Below, piece by piece: positions 27,328 to 40,655 of a stretch of DNA of 64,000 nucleotides. Every line of letters begins with the position of its first letter. Within the stretch, counting starts at the first letter, position 1. Both the position numbers and the translations under genes were made by a program. The notes beneath the pieces were generated by a model. It saw only the letters and a list, made by a program, of their open reading frames with translations, did no database searches and was not told the origin of the DNA. The stretch comes from Octopus bimaculoides (lineage: Eukaryota): positions 54,460,807 through 54,524,806 of the forward strand of contig NC_068995.1 in assembly GCF_001194135.2 (NCBI RefSeq), written 5' to 3'.

Positions 27328-27973
27328 AAGAATATTGATGAATGTAGCTGAATAATAAACACCTGTTTAGCTAACAGTAGGAATTAAAAGAGAAGAGAGC
27401 CTACGGAAGAAAGTATAAACGATATAACTAGGTCCATATCACACTCAATTCAATTAAATGAAGCGAGTAATGATTTTAATAACACCTCCAATTTAAGATA
27501 TCACGCAACTAATAATACCCGTAGGGTAATACGTGAAATATGGACAGAATACTTCATATTTCTGCTAGTAGCATAGGGTCAATATCAATAAGCATTATTG
27601 TAGCTATAAAAGCAAATTCTCTCCGATTGAGGGGCATACGTGTACAGCAACGGCTAATGGCATTTCTAATAATTACATAGGTCCTTGTGCTACTGGATTG
27701 AAGCAGAGATTGCCTAAACACATTTCTTCGTTCATAAAAGGAAGAAAAATGAATTGTACAAGTTTCAGTGTGTTCATATCGTCTTGAAAGGATAACTATA
27801 GACATGTGTTTCACAGTAATGTCGACGGTCACGTACCCTAAGGTATATTTTAAATCTCTTAGAATATACATTTTAACAGGAATATCTAACACTTCATTCC
27901 TCAGTTCGCTTTACCTAATGGGCAAAACATAGAATGAAGGTTTTACTCATCGGGTGCTTTGGTTACACCTGGA

Positions 27974-28115
27974 AACCGGTGTTGACGTCACTTTAGTGCG
28001 GTTGCTCCGCTAAAGTCAACGATAGAATAATTTAACACTGTCTTGATTTGTTTGACTAGACACTTCAAGGCAGTGCTTCATCATGGCCAAAGTCATGAAA
28101 CAAGTGGAAGATAAA
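27974..28115 (+). mobile_element. SINE family A, isolated 3' module (degenerate)
   Basis: aaccggtgttgacg...aacgatagaataa...gatttgtttgactagacacttcaaggcagtgcttcatcatggccaaagtcatgaaacaagtggaagataaaa is colinear with 40095-40273. Confidence 0.6.
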
Positions 28116-29659
28116 AATTATATCCCCGTGTTTTATATACATGTACGCAAACACAAACACATATATGTACAAAATAGTGCCGCAAATCAGGATAAATATT
28201 ACATCTTCTTCTCTTTCATTCACTTTGCAATTATAACTGTTCTTACTCATTTTTATAATTTTGGTTTTCCTCCGTAAATTCCGGTCCGATTTCCTAACAA
28301 TGAAATCATTAATTTCTGATTTCAATACATTCAGGACTGCGACAGACAAAAGACTATAATTTAAGAGTTCCTTTTACACATTCAAATTTGACAGAATATA
28401 ATATTTCTTTTATTACTACAGGATAGCAATAATTTAATTAAAGTGGAGATAATAGTGTATATTCATTATTATATGTTACAAACTTCTGTTTGAAAGTATA
28501 TCTGGTTACACTGCGTATGAAATTTAATATATTTCTTCTTATAATATTAACCACATTCAAAACGACAAAATTCAAAAGCATTTTTGAGGTTGACAATTTT
28601 TTCCTTACATCCATATACATACATACATTCATACATACATACATACATACACACGTACGTACGTACGTACATACATACATACATATATATATATATTTAT
28701 ATGTATACACACACACGCACACAGACACGTGTATAAATATGTGTGTGTGTATTGTGCGTAAATTTATTGCTTTTAATGCATTATTTTATATGGACCATCT
28801 TTGTTTAACTGTCATTATAAAGATTTCAATCAGTAGGAATAACTCATGTTACTTGCTATAAATATTATTAGCTTTGCTATTTGGGTATAGTTTGAAATCT
28901 AAATTACCGTAAGGAAATGTACATACAGATGACAGATATTGTTGATACTGTCAAAGTTTCCAAGATATTTAAAATTAAACTGTATAAAACATATATTTAA
29001 CGGAAAATCTATCGACATACTAAAATATTAATGCTTTTAATATTTTGTAATTATATGAAAATATTCGAGAATCCCGAGAAGTTTACAAACTTAAACATAT
29101 TAATAACTACGAACTTGAGAAAAATCATTTAGAAAAGCGCTCAAACGTAAACACTTGTATATACATGCAGGTATACACATATATTTTAATTATATATGTA
29201 CACACGCGCGCGCGAACAAACACACATACATACATACATACATACATACATACATACAAACCTACACACACGCACACATAAATTTCTATCATAAAACTGT
29301 ACCATTACAAAATGCGATAGGCATTGGAATTTTATACTCGTTTTTATGTACGTTTTGCGAATTATAAACTTCGAATAAAGAACGGAAATCAGAAGGCTGG
29401 TGCTGTAGTCGGAGTACTCCAACTTGCACAATAATGACATGCTTAAACTTCAGCAGCTTCTTCGTAAATTTTGGCACAAGGAATATCTTTGAGTAAACAG
29501 ACAGTTTTGCGATTCTCTAGTCGTTCATCGATATGCCATTAATGTGTCAGAATTGATGTTTTGTACTTGCTACACTGATTCATGCGAGTCATTTCGTCAG
29601 AAACCCTTGCAGGGGTAAATGCATCTCGAAAGGGACGAGTACTCGAGCAGCAAATTTGG

Positions 29660-29900
29660 TCCTACTAGAGAGCGTTTACTCCCGATCATCATCGCCAGAT
29701 TCTAAACGCATTTGTCCAAGATCACCGTCATCCAGGCATATGCTCCCATCGAAACCGGAGTAGAAGCCGATAATGACGCTTTTTACGACGAACTACAGAA
29801 CACCTAGGACGAGGCCCTTCGTTACGATTTGGTTCTACTAATTGGGGGCTTCAACGCCAAAATCGTGAGAAACCGACAAGGCTACGAGCATATTGTATGA
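29660..29900 (+). mobile_element. RTE-clade LINE remnant, APE endonuclease domain
   Basis: 29718-29897 reads KITVIQAYAPIETGVEADNDAFYDELQNT*DEALRYDLVLLIGGFNAKIVRNRQGYEHIV, with the IQxYAP, FYxxLQ and GDFNAKIG motifs typical of RTE endonucleases. One stop codon; frameshifted IIARF upstream. Confidence 0.85.
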
Positions 29901-30101
29901 TTCTTCTACGTCAATTCTCACTCAAGTGGTATAGTTTTCTTGCTGATACCACTACCTCTGGGCAATCTAAATCCGATGAGGAAATTAACTTAAGCATTTT
30001 GATCAGAATGATCATTAGATAATGATTGTCTGTACAACGCTCACACTACACATTTCTCACCCATACGCGAACAAAATCATGCATATATTCACATACACAC
30101 A

Positions 30102-30134
<33 letters not shown>

Positions 30135-30186
30135 GCATAAACACACTCGCACATGAACACACACACATATATATATGCATATGTAT

Positions 30187-30263
<77 letters not shown>

Positions 30264-30945
30264 CTCTTTGTTAACTATTTCAACAATTCATCTAAAATCG
30301 AAAACCACGTATGATATAATATCATAGACAGCCATGATCTTAATACTTCGTATATGCTCTCTATAATGTATACAGAATTTCTTTCATATATGAGAAATAT
30401 AAACTACATGCTTATTTTGATAGTATATAAATATATATCCTATAAAAATGGTTTCCATGAGAATCAAACGCCATGTCGATATTTTTGATAAATGGCAATT
30501 TCTGAAGCAAAAAAATCTCCGAATGAAATAATGTTACAAAAATATCAGTAAAATTAAATATACAAGATGTATACTTATTTTAAGGATCTTTACATTTGCA
30601 CCTCATTTATCTTTTAATGTAAAAGAAAAAAACAACAATAAATATTACATTTGATATATACCGTTGAAATGTTTCACTAATAATTTATAATGATAGTTTT
30701 TAAAATACGTTATTCGATATTTTCCACTCAAAATGCGAAGAAAACGTCTTATAAAGTGTTAAGCGAAGTAAAATATTAAAATAAGTTCATATTTCCCAAC
30801 GATCGATTAAACAGAATATTGCTTTAGATAACAATCCAGGAATATTATATTTTGCTTTTTAAAATTATCAAGTGGAGAAGATATAAATTTATACATCATA
30901 TAACTGCGTGCATAGACACAGACATATATATATATATGATGACAT

Positions 30946-30983
<38 letters not shown>

Positions 30984-31604
30984 CTATATGCATATAGACA
31001 CATATACACACACATGACTACACCCATACATACATACACACACATACACACACACATATATATATACATAGACATACACACAAAGATATAATATATGTAT
31101 ACACACACGCACATACGCACATACGCATGCACGCACACACACATTCGAAGTATTTAAACGTGTACTTGAATTTCTTAATGATATCTATATAAAGACCTTA
31201 CCTATTCGTCATAGCTCCTCATCGTCATGACATATGAAACTATTAGTAGTCTATTGTGATTAGATAGGTTCATTTCAAATACACAGGTTTTCAAAGAAAT
31301 AAAAATGATATATTGCCATAACTTATAAAGTAGTATAATGGTGATGATATAGACCCACGTAAATTAAATTGATGCATTCTATGTGTAATCGTGTTACTTA
31401 ATAAGATTCATTTTCGTTTTGAAATTTTCTCACTTTCTCCTTATGATGAAACATGTCAATAAAAGTTCACTGCTAGAGTATGTATATTTGAGCATTAGCA
31501 CGTCTATATATATGACGTAGGATCAACTTTCATGCTGTGTAAGTGTGCGTGTGTGTGTGTGTGTGTGTATATATAAACATTCACACAATAATTATTTTTC
31601 TCTC

Positions 31605-31684
31605 TGTTTCGCTCTCTCTCTGTTTCGCTCTCTCTCTGTTTCGCTCTCTCTCTGTTTCACTCTCTCTCTGTTTCGCTCTCTCTC
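31605..31684. repeat. 16-bp minisatellite (tgtttcgctctctctc) x5
   Basis: Five head-to-tail units, one with a g>a change. Confidence 0.9.
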
Positions 31685-31766
31685 TCTTTCTCTTTCACTC
31701 ACTCTCTCTTATATATATATGCAACCAGACAATGTGTGTGTGTGTGTGTGTGTGTGTTTGTGCGTG

Positions 31767-31898
31767 TCAAGAGAGTCGATGGTAAACGTACCAAGCTTTA
31801 AAAAATAAGTTCCGGGGTGGATTCATTCAGATAAAATTATTCGAGTTGCACCAAGCATAGTCGCAGTGTAATGAACGAAATGAGTAAACGACAAAAGA
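31767..31898 (+). mobile_element. SINE family A, isolated 3' module following (TG)n
   Basis: caagagagtcgat...aaaaataagttccggggtggattcattc...ccaagcatagtcgcagtgtaatgaacgaaatgagtaaacgacaaaaga is colinear with 40135-40273. Confidence 0.6.
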
Positions 31899-32082
31899 TA
31901 GCAAATATTCATACATACGTACTTACCGAAACAGACACACGCGCACGGAAGTACACGCACACACACACACGCACACATATATGCTGGGGCGTTCAATTGA
32001 TGAACACTTCTTAGAATCGAGAGTCAGAGACTCTTAATAGTGAATTTATTTTGAGTGGGCAACGCTCTAACACCAGCAGCAC

Positions 32083-32230
32083 AACATAACTTGGGAGGAC
32101 CAGAAACAGAAATCAGCAGCACTTTACGGTTACTTCCTCCTACAAGTATGTTTCAAAGACAACAAGTAAAGTTTCTTCGCTCTCACTTACCAATACCCTA
32201 AGTAACCCATACCCTGTTCTACTACTCTGG
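32083..32230 (+). mobile_element. Degenerate RTE-like LINE C-terminal remnant
   Basis: Frameshifted NITWEDQ..AALYG..LPPTS..RQVKF..PVLLLW resembles the NISWxxHxTNxxLYGxLPP..RRxxF..LLLW stretch downstream of the RT domain in RTE-type LINEs. Confidence 0.45.
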
Positions 32231-32921
32231 GTCACATTGAACCTCGGAGTAAACACTGGCTAAGACATGAGTCCACAATCTTGAAAACACTAGAATTCCG
32301 AAGCTAGGGCTGCACTATGTATTTATGTATGCTGAGAAGGTACTCAATCGTCAATTTCGTATCATATTGTACCAAGTTCGTCCACCTCAACAAGCTACTC
32401 ATTGAATTAACGTGTATTATACTAATAAAGTATAAATAGGCTGTATGATTTTACTTTTTTATTTAAGTTTAAGAGTGTCTCCGATGGCATTCTCTAATCT
32501 TGCCTGTTTCCCGTTTAACCGATTTCACTTCCAACGAATAATTCATTGCCCAAATTCTCCCTCCACCCCAGTATGCCATGCATGACTCTAAAACTGAAAC
32601 CGCACTAATCTGAAGTGAATTTCTTCTCTTGCGTCTCTGCCTTTTTTTCATAAACCATATCACATTCATTACTTCAAACGTTCTTTGATGTTTGGGCAAA
32701 GACACACGTGCATGATCATAGTACATATACTGACGTATAAACGCACATATGTATACATGCACAAGCATATAAAGCTATGTATGTGTACATGCATATACAC
32801 ATACATACATACAAATAAATAAGCGTGTGCATCGTTCTGCTTTACATATCTTTTCATCTAAATCGATTGATTAAATATTATATATTATATATACATATAT
32901 ACATTCACGCACACACAAACA

Positions 32922-32968
<47 letters not shown>

Positions 32969-33844
32969 GTATGTATATGTGTATGCATCTATGTATATGT
33001 GTGTATTGTGTGATGTGTGGTGTGTGTGTGTGTGCGCACACGTATGTACTTCTATATAACTTTCATATACAATTATGAAAGAAGAAAATAACAGACACAA
33101 AGAACTCACATACATACCCGAACAAACGCAAACGCGCACTCACACATACACACACATATACATAGACACACAGAGAAAGAAGTAAGTGTCAATTTTGTTC
33201 TGTGTACTATTTTGCCCAGATATATCAAGTCTGCTTTAATAGCTTTTGTCCTTAAAATTTCATTGATGTTTCCACTTTGATTATATGCTATTATGCTAAT
33301 AAAATTGTTGTTATTTTTCACCTGGGAATTTTAATATAATCAATTGTTGTATTTGTGTAGGAAGTGACATTTTATATTTCCATATTTTACATCGGGGAAT
33401 TAATCAAAATACTTAAATCATTATTTTGTATGGATGAGATTCATCTTTATACAATGCATTGCGGGTCCCGTATTGTCCGTCTTTTCACATATCTACTCAT
33501 GCATTGTTTGAGATATCTGCTGACGGAACTTCAAATAATTTATCTTGCTAATTGAAATCCAGTTCCAGATACATAAATAAATCGCATACACTCTAAAGTA
33601 GATTTGATTATTCTTATTTAGATGAGTTTTCTGTGATTAACATTAAGGTTTTCTACTTAAATATCTGGTTTTGTTTCATTATATGCAATAAATGAATAAA
33701 AGATGGCAAATATTTTAATATTTTCTTTGGCTGAGGTTAAAAGATGTGCGTATGAATATAAGTGTATTCATACGTGCATGCACACCCATTACATACATAC
33801 ATACACATTCATGCATACATATATATACCTAGCACACACGCACG

Positions 33845-33888
<44 letters not shown>

Positions 33889-34600
33889 NNNNNNNNNNNN
33901 NNNNNNNNNNNNNNNNNNNNNNNNNNNNNNNNNNNNNNNNNNNNNNNNNNNNNNNNNNNNNNNNNNNNNNNNNNNNNNNNNNNNNNNNNNNNNNNNNNNN
34001 NNNNNNNNNNNNNNNNNNNNNNNNNNNNNNNNNNNNNNNNNNNNNNNNNNNNNNNNNNNNNNNNNNNNNNNNNNNNNNNNNNNNNNNNNNNAAAAAAAAA
34101 ACATCTAAAATTAATAACATTTCAGCTGAGAGAAGAATGGAATTTAGCCAAAAGAAATGTTTATATCCGTCCAGGGTCGTCCCCTGTCGGATTCGCACAC
34201 GCGTTTCTACCCTTTAACACTAGACAGGCTTAAACCCGTAGCTTTAATTAAATGACATTTAACATCATCGACTGATCTCTGCTATTAAACCGCCAGGTCG
34301 AAAAAAATTCAGCTGTATCAGCGCCAAGTAAGTTTGGGCTTAGCAAACTTTATCTTATTTAAAATATGCTTGTGACATATTTCAACTTCTAAAGGCATCT
34401 TCACTGCAGTTAACGAGGAGAAAAGGAATACAAACTTCCTTTTGCTAAAACGGTGTAAAAACCACACATCTGTTCAGTGCTATCCCCTGTGGAACACCCA
34501 GATGTGTTTCTGGCTCCTTAGCCGTCATCAATAGGCAATACCAAAGAGGGATATATCTATCTATCTAGCTAGCTAGCTTCCTACTTATCTATTTATATCC

Positions 34601-34735
34601 ACTACATCCACTCACAAGGTTTTGGTCAGCCAAGGCTAGAGTAGAAGTCACTTGCCCTAGGTGCCTCGGAGTGGGACTGAACCCGAAACCACGTCGTTGT
34701 TTAGCAAACTACTTTCAACAGAGCCACTCCTGCGC
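34601..34735 (-). mobile_element. SINE family A, 5' half
   Basis: atccactcacaaggttttggtcagccaaggctagagtagaagtcacttgccctaggtgcctcggagtgggactgaacccgaaaccacgt...gagccactcctgcgc; its 5' end abuts (TA)n and a gap. Confidence 0.85.
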
Positions 34736-36211
34736 CTATATATATATATATATNNNNNNNNNNNNNNNNNNNNNNNNNNNNNNNNNNNNNNNNNNNNNNN
34801 NNNNNNNNNNNNNNNNNNNNNNNNNNNNNNNNNNNNNNNNNNNNNNNNNNNNNNNNNNNNNNNNNNNNNNNNNNNNNNNNNNNNNNNNNNNNNNNNNNNN
34901 NNNNNNNNNNNNNNNNNNNNNNNNNNNNNNNNNNNNNNNNNNNNNNNNNNNNNNNNNNNNNNNNNNNNNNNNNNNNNNNNNNNNNNNNNNNNNNNNNNNN
35001 ATATATATATATATAAATTGTATCATGACTGCTTTGCAACATAGCCATGTAAGAACGGGTTTGAAAACAAATGTTATATGCGGGGACGATCGTTCTGACA
35101 ATAAACACACGCATCGTTTGACGAGTACTTCAGCTTTAGTTTAATTAGTCATAAGAAAGGAAGGTGAGAGATACAATATCATACGGCTGCTAGGTGGATT
35201 AAAAAGAAATATGTACCTTCTTTCACACCCAGGCATTAACAATCATATATTTCCTTATTTCGCTATGTGAACACGTGTGTGCCTATTTGCATTTGTGCTT
35301 ATATGCCTGTAACCATTATTCATATTTAGGTAACTACATAAGGAATTCAAACTCATCTTTTTTAGTATCACATGATTACTGCATTATATAAGTTCTTTTC
35401 ACTATATTTGTCACTAAAATATCAATAACATATTCCCTGTTTAATTTAAAACAAAGGCGCGCATTCATCTAACGAAGCAGTTGTTTAAATGGTGGTTTGA
35501 AATCTTGAATGTAACTCATTTACATATATTACTAATTAAGCATTCGAAGAAACAGAGTTATGACAAGCTAGCGTACTTGAAATATATTCATGTAATTCTG
35601 GAGCTAATTATATATTTGTGGCAGTTTTCTTTCTAAATAATGTTTTCTTGATTAGGCGCGATGCAAAGTTGTTATGAGAAAATTCATAAAGTATGTTAAG
35701 TTGTATACACCAGTCACAAAGAGTAGTTGTGCTAATAAAACATTTGCAGCCCTGCTGCTGTTCACTCTTCTAAAAGAAAGTTTCGAATGAAGACTCTTTT
35801 GCGAAGCACAGTTAAAAACATTTCACAAACTGAAGGTGGACACACGATTGCATCTGTTTCAGGAAAGATACAAGTATATGAGGAATTATTTTATGGAGAG
35901 CCAAGTAGAATATTGGTCTTAAAGTTGGACAGAGTATATATCGTTATTAGCATTTTCTCCCTTGGCGCTATTTTGTGATTGTGCGGCACAATATGTTGCA
36001 ATAAGACCTGCTTACAAATGCATCATGTGCGTTCAAATGAACGTTGTAATTTTCTGGACAATATAACATTGAGAATCATGAACTATCCAACTTCATACAA
36101 TCAAATTATTGATTGACATGGGTTAATGCTAGCTTAATTTTAAGTTAGTATTCTTCTGATGCGTTGTTAATATGGTTTGATCTTATTTTTCTTGTCGTAC
36201 AATAATAAATG

Positions 36212-36307
36212 AAAATTTTGGCACAAGGCCAGAAATTTAGAGGCAGGGTGTAAGTCGATTACATAGACACTAGTGCTTAACTGGTGCTTGTTTTGTCGAC
36301 ACCCGAA
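36212..36307 (-). mobile_element. SINE family B, 3' portion, cut off by the palindrome
   Basis: aaattttggcacaaggccagaaattt...gtaagtcgattacatagacactagtgcttaactggtgcttgttttgtcgacacccgaa; homology stops where the palindrome begins. Confidence 0.75.
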
Positions 36308-36400
36308 TGTATTCCAAGTGTAAACGGAGGTATATTTAATCAAAAATTTCATAAAACAGAACATTTATTACTCATACAAAACTATAAAATACCCGTAATA

Positions 36401-36560
36401 TTCTTTTCTATTCTAGGTACAAGGCCCGAAATTTTTTAAGAGGAGCCAGTCGATTAGATCTACCCAGGTATGCAACTGGTACTTAATTTGTCAACTCCGA
36501 ATGAATGAAAGGCAAGGTCGGCCTCGGCAGTCACTCAGTACATGTAGACAGACGAAATAC
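36401..36560 (-). mobile_element. SINE family B variant (left arm of the palindrome)
   Basis: ttctaggtacaaggcccgaaattt...agtcgattagatctacccaggtatgcaactggtacttaatttgtcaactccgaatgaatgaaaggcaaggtcggcctcggc...gacagacgaaatac. Confidence 0.85.
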
Positions 36561-36580
36561 TTGTAGTATAATATTACAGG

Positions 36581-36773
36581 ATGTTTAGGGCGCCGGGCGA
36601 AACGCTAAGCGATATTTCCCCTTTCTTTACGTTCTGAGTTCCAATTCCGCAGAGGTCGACTTTGCCTTTCATCCTTTCGGTGTCGATAAATTAAGTACCA
36701 GTTGCATACCTGGGTCGATCTAGTCGACTGGCCCATCCCCAAAGATTTCGGGACCTTTTCCTAGAACAGAAAG
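36581..36773 (+). mobile_element. SINE family B variant (right arm of the palindrome)
   Basis: ttacgttctgagttccaattccgcagaggtcgactttgcctttcatcctttcggtgtcgataaattaagtaccagttgcatacctgggtcgatctagtcgactggccc; B-box-like gagttccaattcc. Confidence 0.9.
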
Positions 36774-37417
36774 CAATATTACGGGCAATTTATGGTTTTG
36801 TATGAAATAATAAATGTTTTGTTTTATGAAATATTTGATTAACTGTATCTCTGTTTACACTTGGCATACATTTGTTTCCCACAGAATAATTTCTGAGTAC
36901 ATTGTATAATTTTAGTAGAAATACTTTCTAATGTATTTGTTTTGTACGTTTGCCAATATCTATCGCTAGTTTTTATCTCCTTTTCTTTTTGAATAGTTGA
37001 TATTTAATGTTGATCTTACTATAAGTATTTATTCACATGGTGATTCCTTTGTGAAAAAGACGCTAACATTCTTATCTTTATAAGGACGTTTGATTTCTCC
37101 ATGTAGGTACGAGCATTTGTAACTCACTTTTGTGTATATGGATGTAATATATCGCCTTCAACGTATCTATTGTTTAATCCAAATGTTTACGTCTGGAAAT
37201 GAAGTTGCATTAGCATTGTTTTGGATGTTGAATGTTAGCACTTAGCTCTACCACAGATTATCCTTTAATTTCTCAACTTTTCCGATGTGTCCATTAAATC
37301 CAATACAATGTATAAATAACCCATGTCTATATTACATGGCTGTGTTTAGCCAGACAGACTGAAGAGAAACGAGGCTGTGAGGTGAAAACACATACCTATT
37401 TATATATATGTATGTAT

Positions 37418-37569
37418 GCGTAGGAGTGACTGTGTGGTAAGTAGCTTGCTTACCAACCACATGATTCTGGGAGCATGACATCTTCGGCAAGTGTGTTCTA
37501 CTATAGCCTCGGGCCGACCAAAGCCTTGTGAGTAAATTTGGTAGACGGAACCTGAAAGAAGCCCGTCGT
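37418..37569 (+). mobile_element. SINE family A, 5' half
   Basis: gcgtaggagtgactgtgtggtaagtagcttgcttaccaaccacatg...ttctactatagcctcgggccgaccaaagccttgtgagtaaatttggtagacggaacctgaaagaagcccgtcgt, then (TA)n and a gap. Confidence 0.9.
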
Positions 37570-37570
37570 G

Positions 37571-37613
<43 letters not shown>

Positions 37614-37990
37614 NNNNNNNNNNNNNNNNNNNNNNNNNNNNNNNNNNNNNNNNNNNNNNNNNNNNNNNNNNNNNNNNNNNNNNNNNNNNNNNNNNNNNNN
37701 NNNNNNNNNNNNNNNNNNNNNNNNNNNNNNNNNNNNNNNNNNNNNNNNNNNNNNNNNNNNNNNNNNNNNNNNNNNNNNNNNNNNNNNNNNNNNNNNNNNN
37801 NNNNNNNNNNNNNNNNNNNNNNNNNNNNNNNNNNNNNNNNNNNNNNNNNNNNNNNNNNNNNNNNNNNNNNNNNNNNNNNNNNNNNNNNNNNNNNNNNNNN
37901 NNNNNNNNNNNNNNNNNNNNNNNNNNNNNNNNNNNNNNNNNNNNNNNNNNNNNNNNNNNNNNNNNNNNNNNNNNNNNNNNNNNNNNNNNN

Positions 37991-38066
<76 letters not shown>

Positions 38067-39364
38067 TTTGTGTGTAATGGATAGAGAGAGTGCGTGCGTG
38101 TGAGGGAAGGTAGTGTGGAAGACATATATTGGTGAGTGTGCGTGGGTGTGTGTGTGAGTGCTCCACCATCTCTGTCAACGCACGTGTACTTTTATATATG
38201 TCAAAATCAAGAATTTAAATATATTCTCTTTGATTGGAATGTGTGAAACAGTTTGGACAATGATAATTATTTTCGTATTAAATGTGGATGCAATAAATTT
38301 GAGTCTTTATTAGCACTATAGGTTAAACAGAATTGATTTTTTTCCATCGTTATATTTACATTTCAACTGAAGTTATTTTATAGCGCACGAATGTAATCAA
38401 TTGTCGTCATTATATAGGAATATATTTTAGAGTAATCAATCATACATTAAGAAAATATTGTGTAGAAATATATTGTATTAAATTTTATTATATGTTCAAA
38501 GGAAATATAAAAACAAACAAAAAAAAACTAAAGTGATACAAACTGAAATCCTGAGAAGTGTGCTATTAATTCTCAAACTTCAATATTCCTGTTGCAATCA
38601 TCATAGATTGTATTGAAATATCTTGCTTTAAACGTCAGTAAAGGCATGACGTCAAAAGAAATAGGTATGTTGCAAGGCACGATTCACATCATAAATAATT
38701 ATTATAAACGAAATTTGCTTTGTTCGCATCAGGTATAGCTTACATGATTTGTAAGTAGTAGGAAGAAAAACTAAAACTATTTCAGGAGCAATTTACGGTT
38801 TTATAAATTGTTTCTTCAAATGTAAAATATCGATATCTTTCACATATGTTCAACCATGGACATATACACATTTACATACTCAGCTACACAAATTATATAC
38901 GCAGTCATTTGTATATACGTGTGCGCGTGCGCGCATGCGCGCGCGCATGTGCGCGCGCGCGTGTATGTGTGAGTTTGAAATATGTATGCGGGTATATATA
39001 TATATATATATATNNNNNNNNNNNNNNNNNNNNNNNNNNNNNNNNNNNNNNNNNNNNNNNNNNNNNNNNNNNNNNNNNNNNNNNNNNNNNNNNNNNNNNN
39101 NNNNNNNNNNNNNNNNNNNNNNNNNNNNNNNNNNNNNNNNNNNNNNNNNNNNNNNNNNNNNNNNNNNNNNNNNNNNNNNNNNNNNNNNNNNNNNNNNNNN
39201 NNNNNNNNNNNNNNNNNNNNNNNNNNNNNNNNNNNNNNNNNNNNNNNNNNNNNNNNNNNNNNNNNNNNNNNNNNNNNNNNNNNNNNNNNNNNNNNNNNNN
39301 NNNNNNNNNNNNNNNNNNNNNNNNNNNNNNNNNNNNNNNNNNNNNNNNNNNNNNNNNNNNNNNN

Positions 39365-39402
<38 letters not shown>

Positions 39403-39919
39403 CGCTATACACTCTGATGCAGACGTGCTTTTTTTATCCCTGTATTTCTCTGGCACACTCGTTCTTTGTCATTTGATATTTGTAGATGCATAATTAGCAT
39501 TTCTTTAGCTGTTAAACTAATACCCTCTCATGGAACCACTTTGCTATTGTTATGCTTATATGTTCTTATATTCTTATGTACATATATTATTGAACATCTA
39601 AATATTAATGGCAATATGCATTTAAATTTTACTTCACAGATAAAATAATAATATTCTCTTTCACTCAAATTGTTCTTGATATGTAGTTATTATTTAAAAC
39701 ATCAATTTGTATGATTCAACATATTCCTATATAGTTTTAAATTGGTAATTTCACGTATATAAATTCCTTGTGTTTTTATACCAACATCATGTGTATATGA
39801 GATAGCATTGCATAAACCACATTATCTAGCTTCATTCTTAGAAGGCACTTCGAGGAGTACAGGTTAAAAACAAAACGTATAAATGTAATAAATATGAACG
39901 TCAGTGACTTTATTGCAAA

Positions 39920-40273
39920 CGTGGCTGCATGTCAAGAAGCTTGCGTCCCAACCACATGGTTCCGGGTTCAGTCCCTCTATGAAACACATTGGGCAAATGT
40001 TGTGAGTAGATTTGATTGACGGAGACTGAAAGAAGCCCGACACCCACAAATATTCTGTGTGTGTGGTATTTGTGTCTGTCACTGTCATCATGTAAGCTGG
40101 TGTCGGTGTGTTTACGTCCCCGTAAGTCAGCGGTTCGATAAAAGTGACCGAGACTGAAGGTACTATGCCTCAAAAATAAATCCTGGGGTCGACTTGTTCG
40201 ATTAAAACACTTTAAGACCTTGTTCCTGCATCCCCGCGGTCAAAATGGCAGAAAGAAGTAAAAGAAAAGAAGA
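39920..40273 (+). mobile_element. SINE family A, long form (tRNA head, body, short TG-rich linker, 3' module)
   Basis: A-box-like gtggctgcatgtcaag and B-box ggttcagtccc; body ending gactgaaagaagcccga; 3' module ggtgtgtttacgtccccgtaagtcagcggttcg...cctggggtcgacttgttcgatt...ccgcggtcaaaatggcagaaagaagtaaaagaaaaga. Confidence 0.85.
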
Positions 40274-40590
40274 ATATATATTAATAACAAAATCTTATAC
40301 GGAAAAACAAGAGCTGTATGGACCCCGGTCGATAGCCACTGATCGGTATCTACTTTGTGTTCTATTGAGGCAGAGTTTTTAAATATTTCTTCAATTCTGT
40401 CTCAGACATGGGTATATTATAGTATATGATTTAGGGCCTCTGAGTATATGCGAAAGCGTGTCAATATCATATATACATATATATGTATATATATATATAT
40501 ACACACACACACATATACACATGCACATATATACACAGACATATATATAAATACAGACAGACATATATATAAATATATGCACACACACAG

Positions 40591-40655
<65 letters not shown>

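Larger units (their letters stand above)
36306..36872. repeat. About 570-bp imperfect palindrome: each arm is ~95 bp of AT-rich sequence plus a family B SINE, with the SINEs head to head
   Basis: 36306-36560 aligns with the reverse complement of about 36610-36872. Termini are aatgtattccaagtgtaaac and gtttacacttggcatacatt; the outer ~100 bp differ at about 12 positions by eye. Confidence 0.9.

Noticed and set aside
29430-29492. KLQQLLRKFWHKEYL, resembling the Bel/Pao C-terminal FWxRWxxEYL motif
   Set aside because: Short, flanked by stops, and no other LTR-retrotransposon motifs nearby.
34300-34510. Minus-strand GVPQG, suggestive of a LINE reverse transcriptase
   Set aside because: The expected SxLGPxLF and YADD motifs do not follow convincingly; one short motif is not enough.
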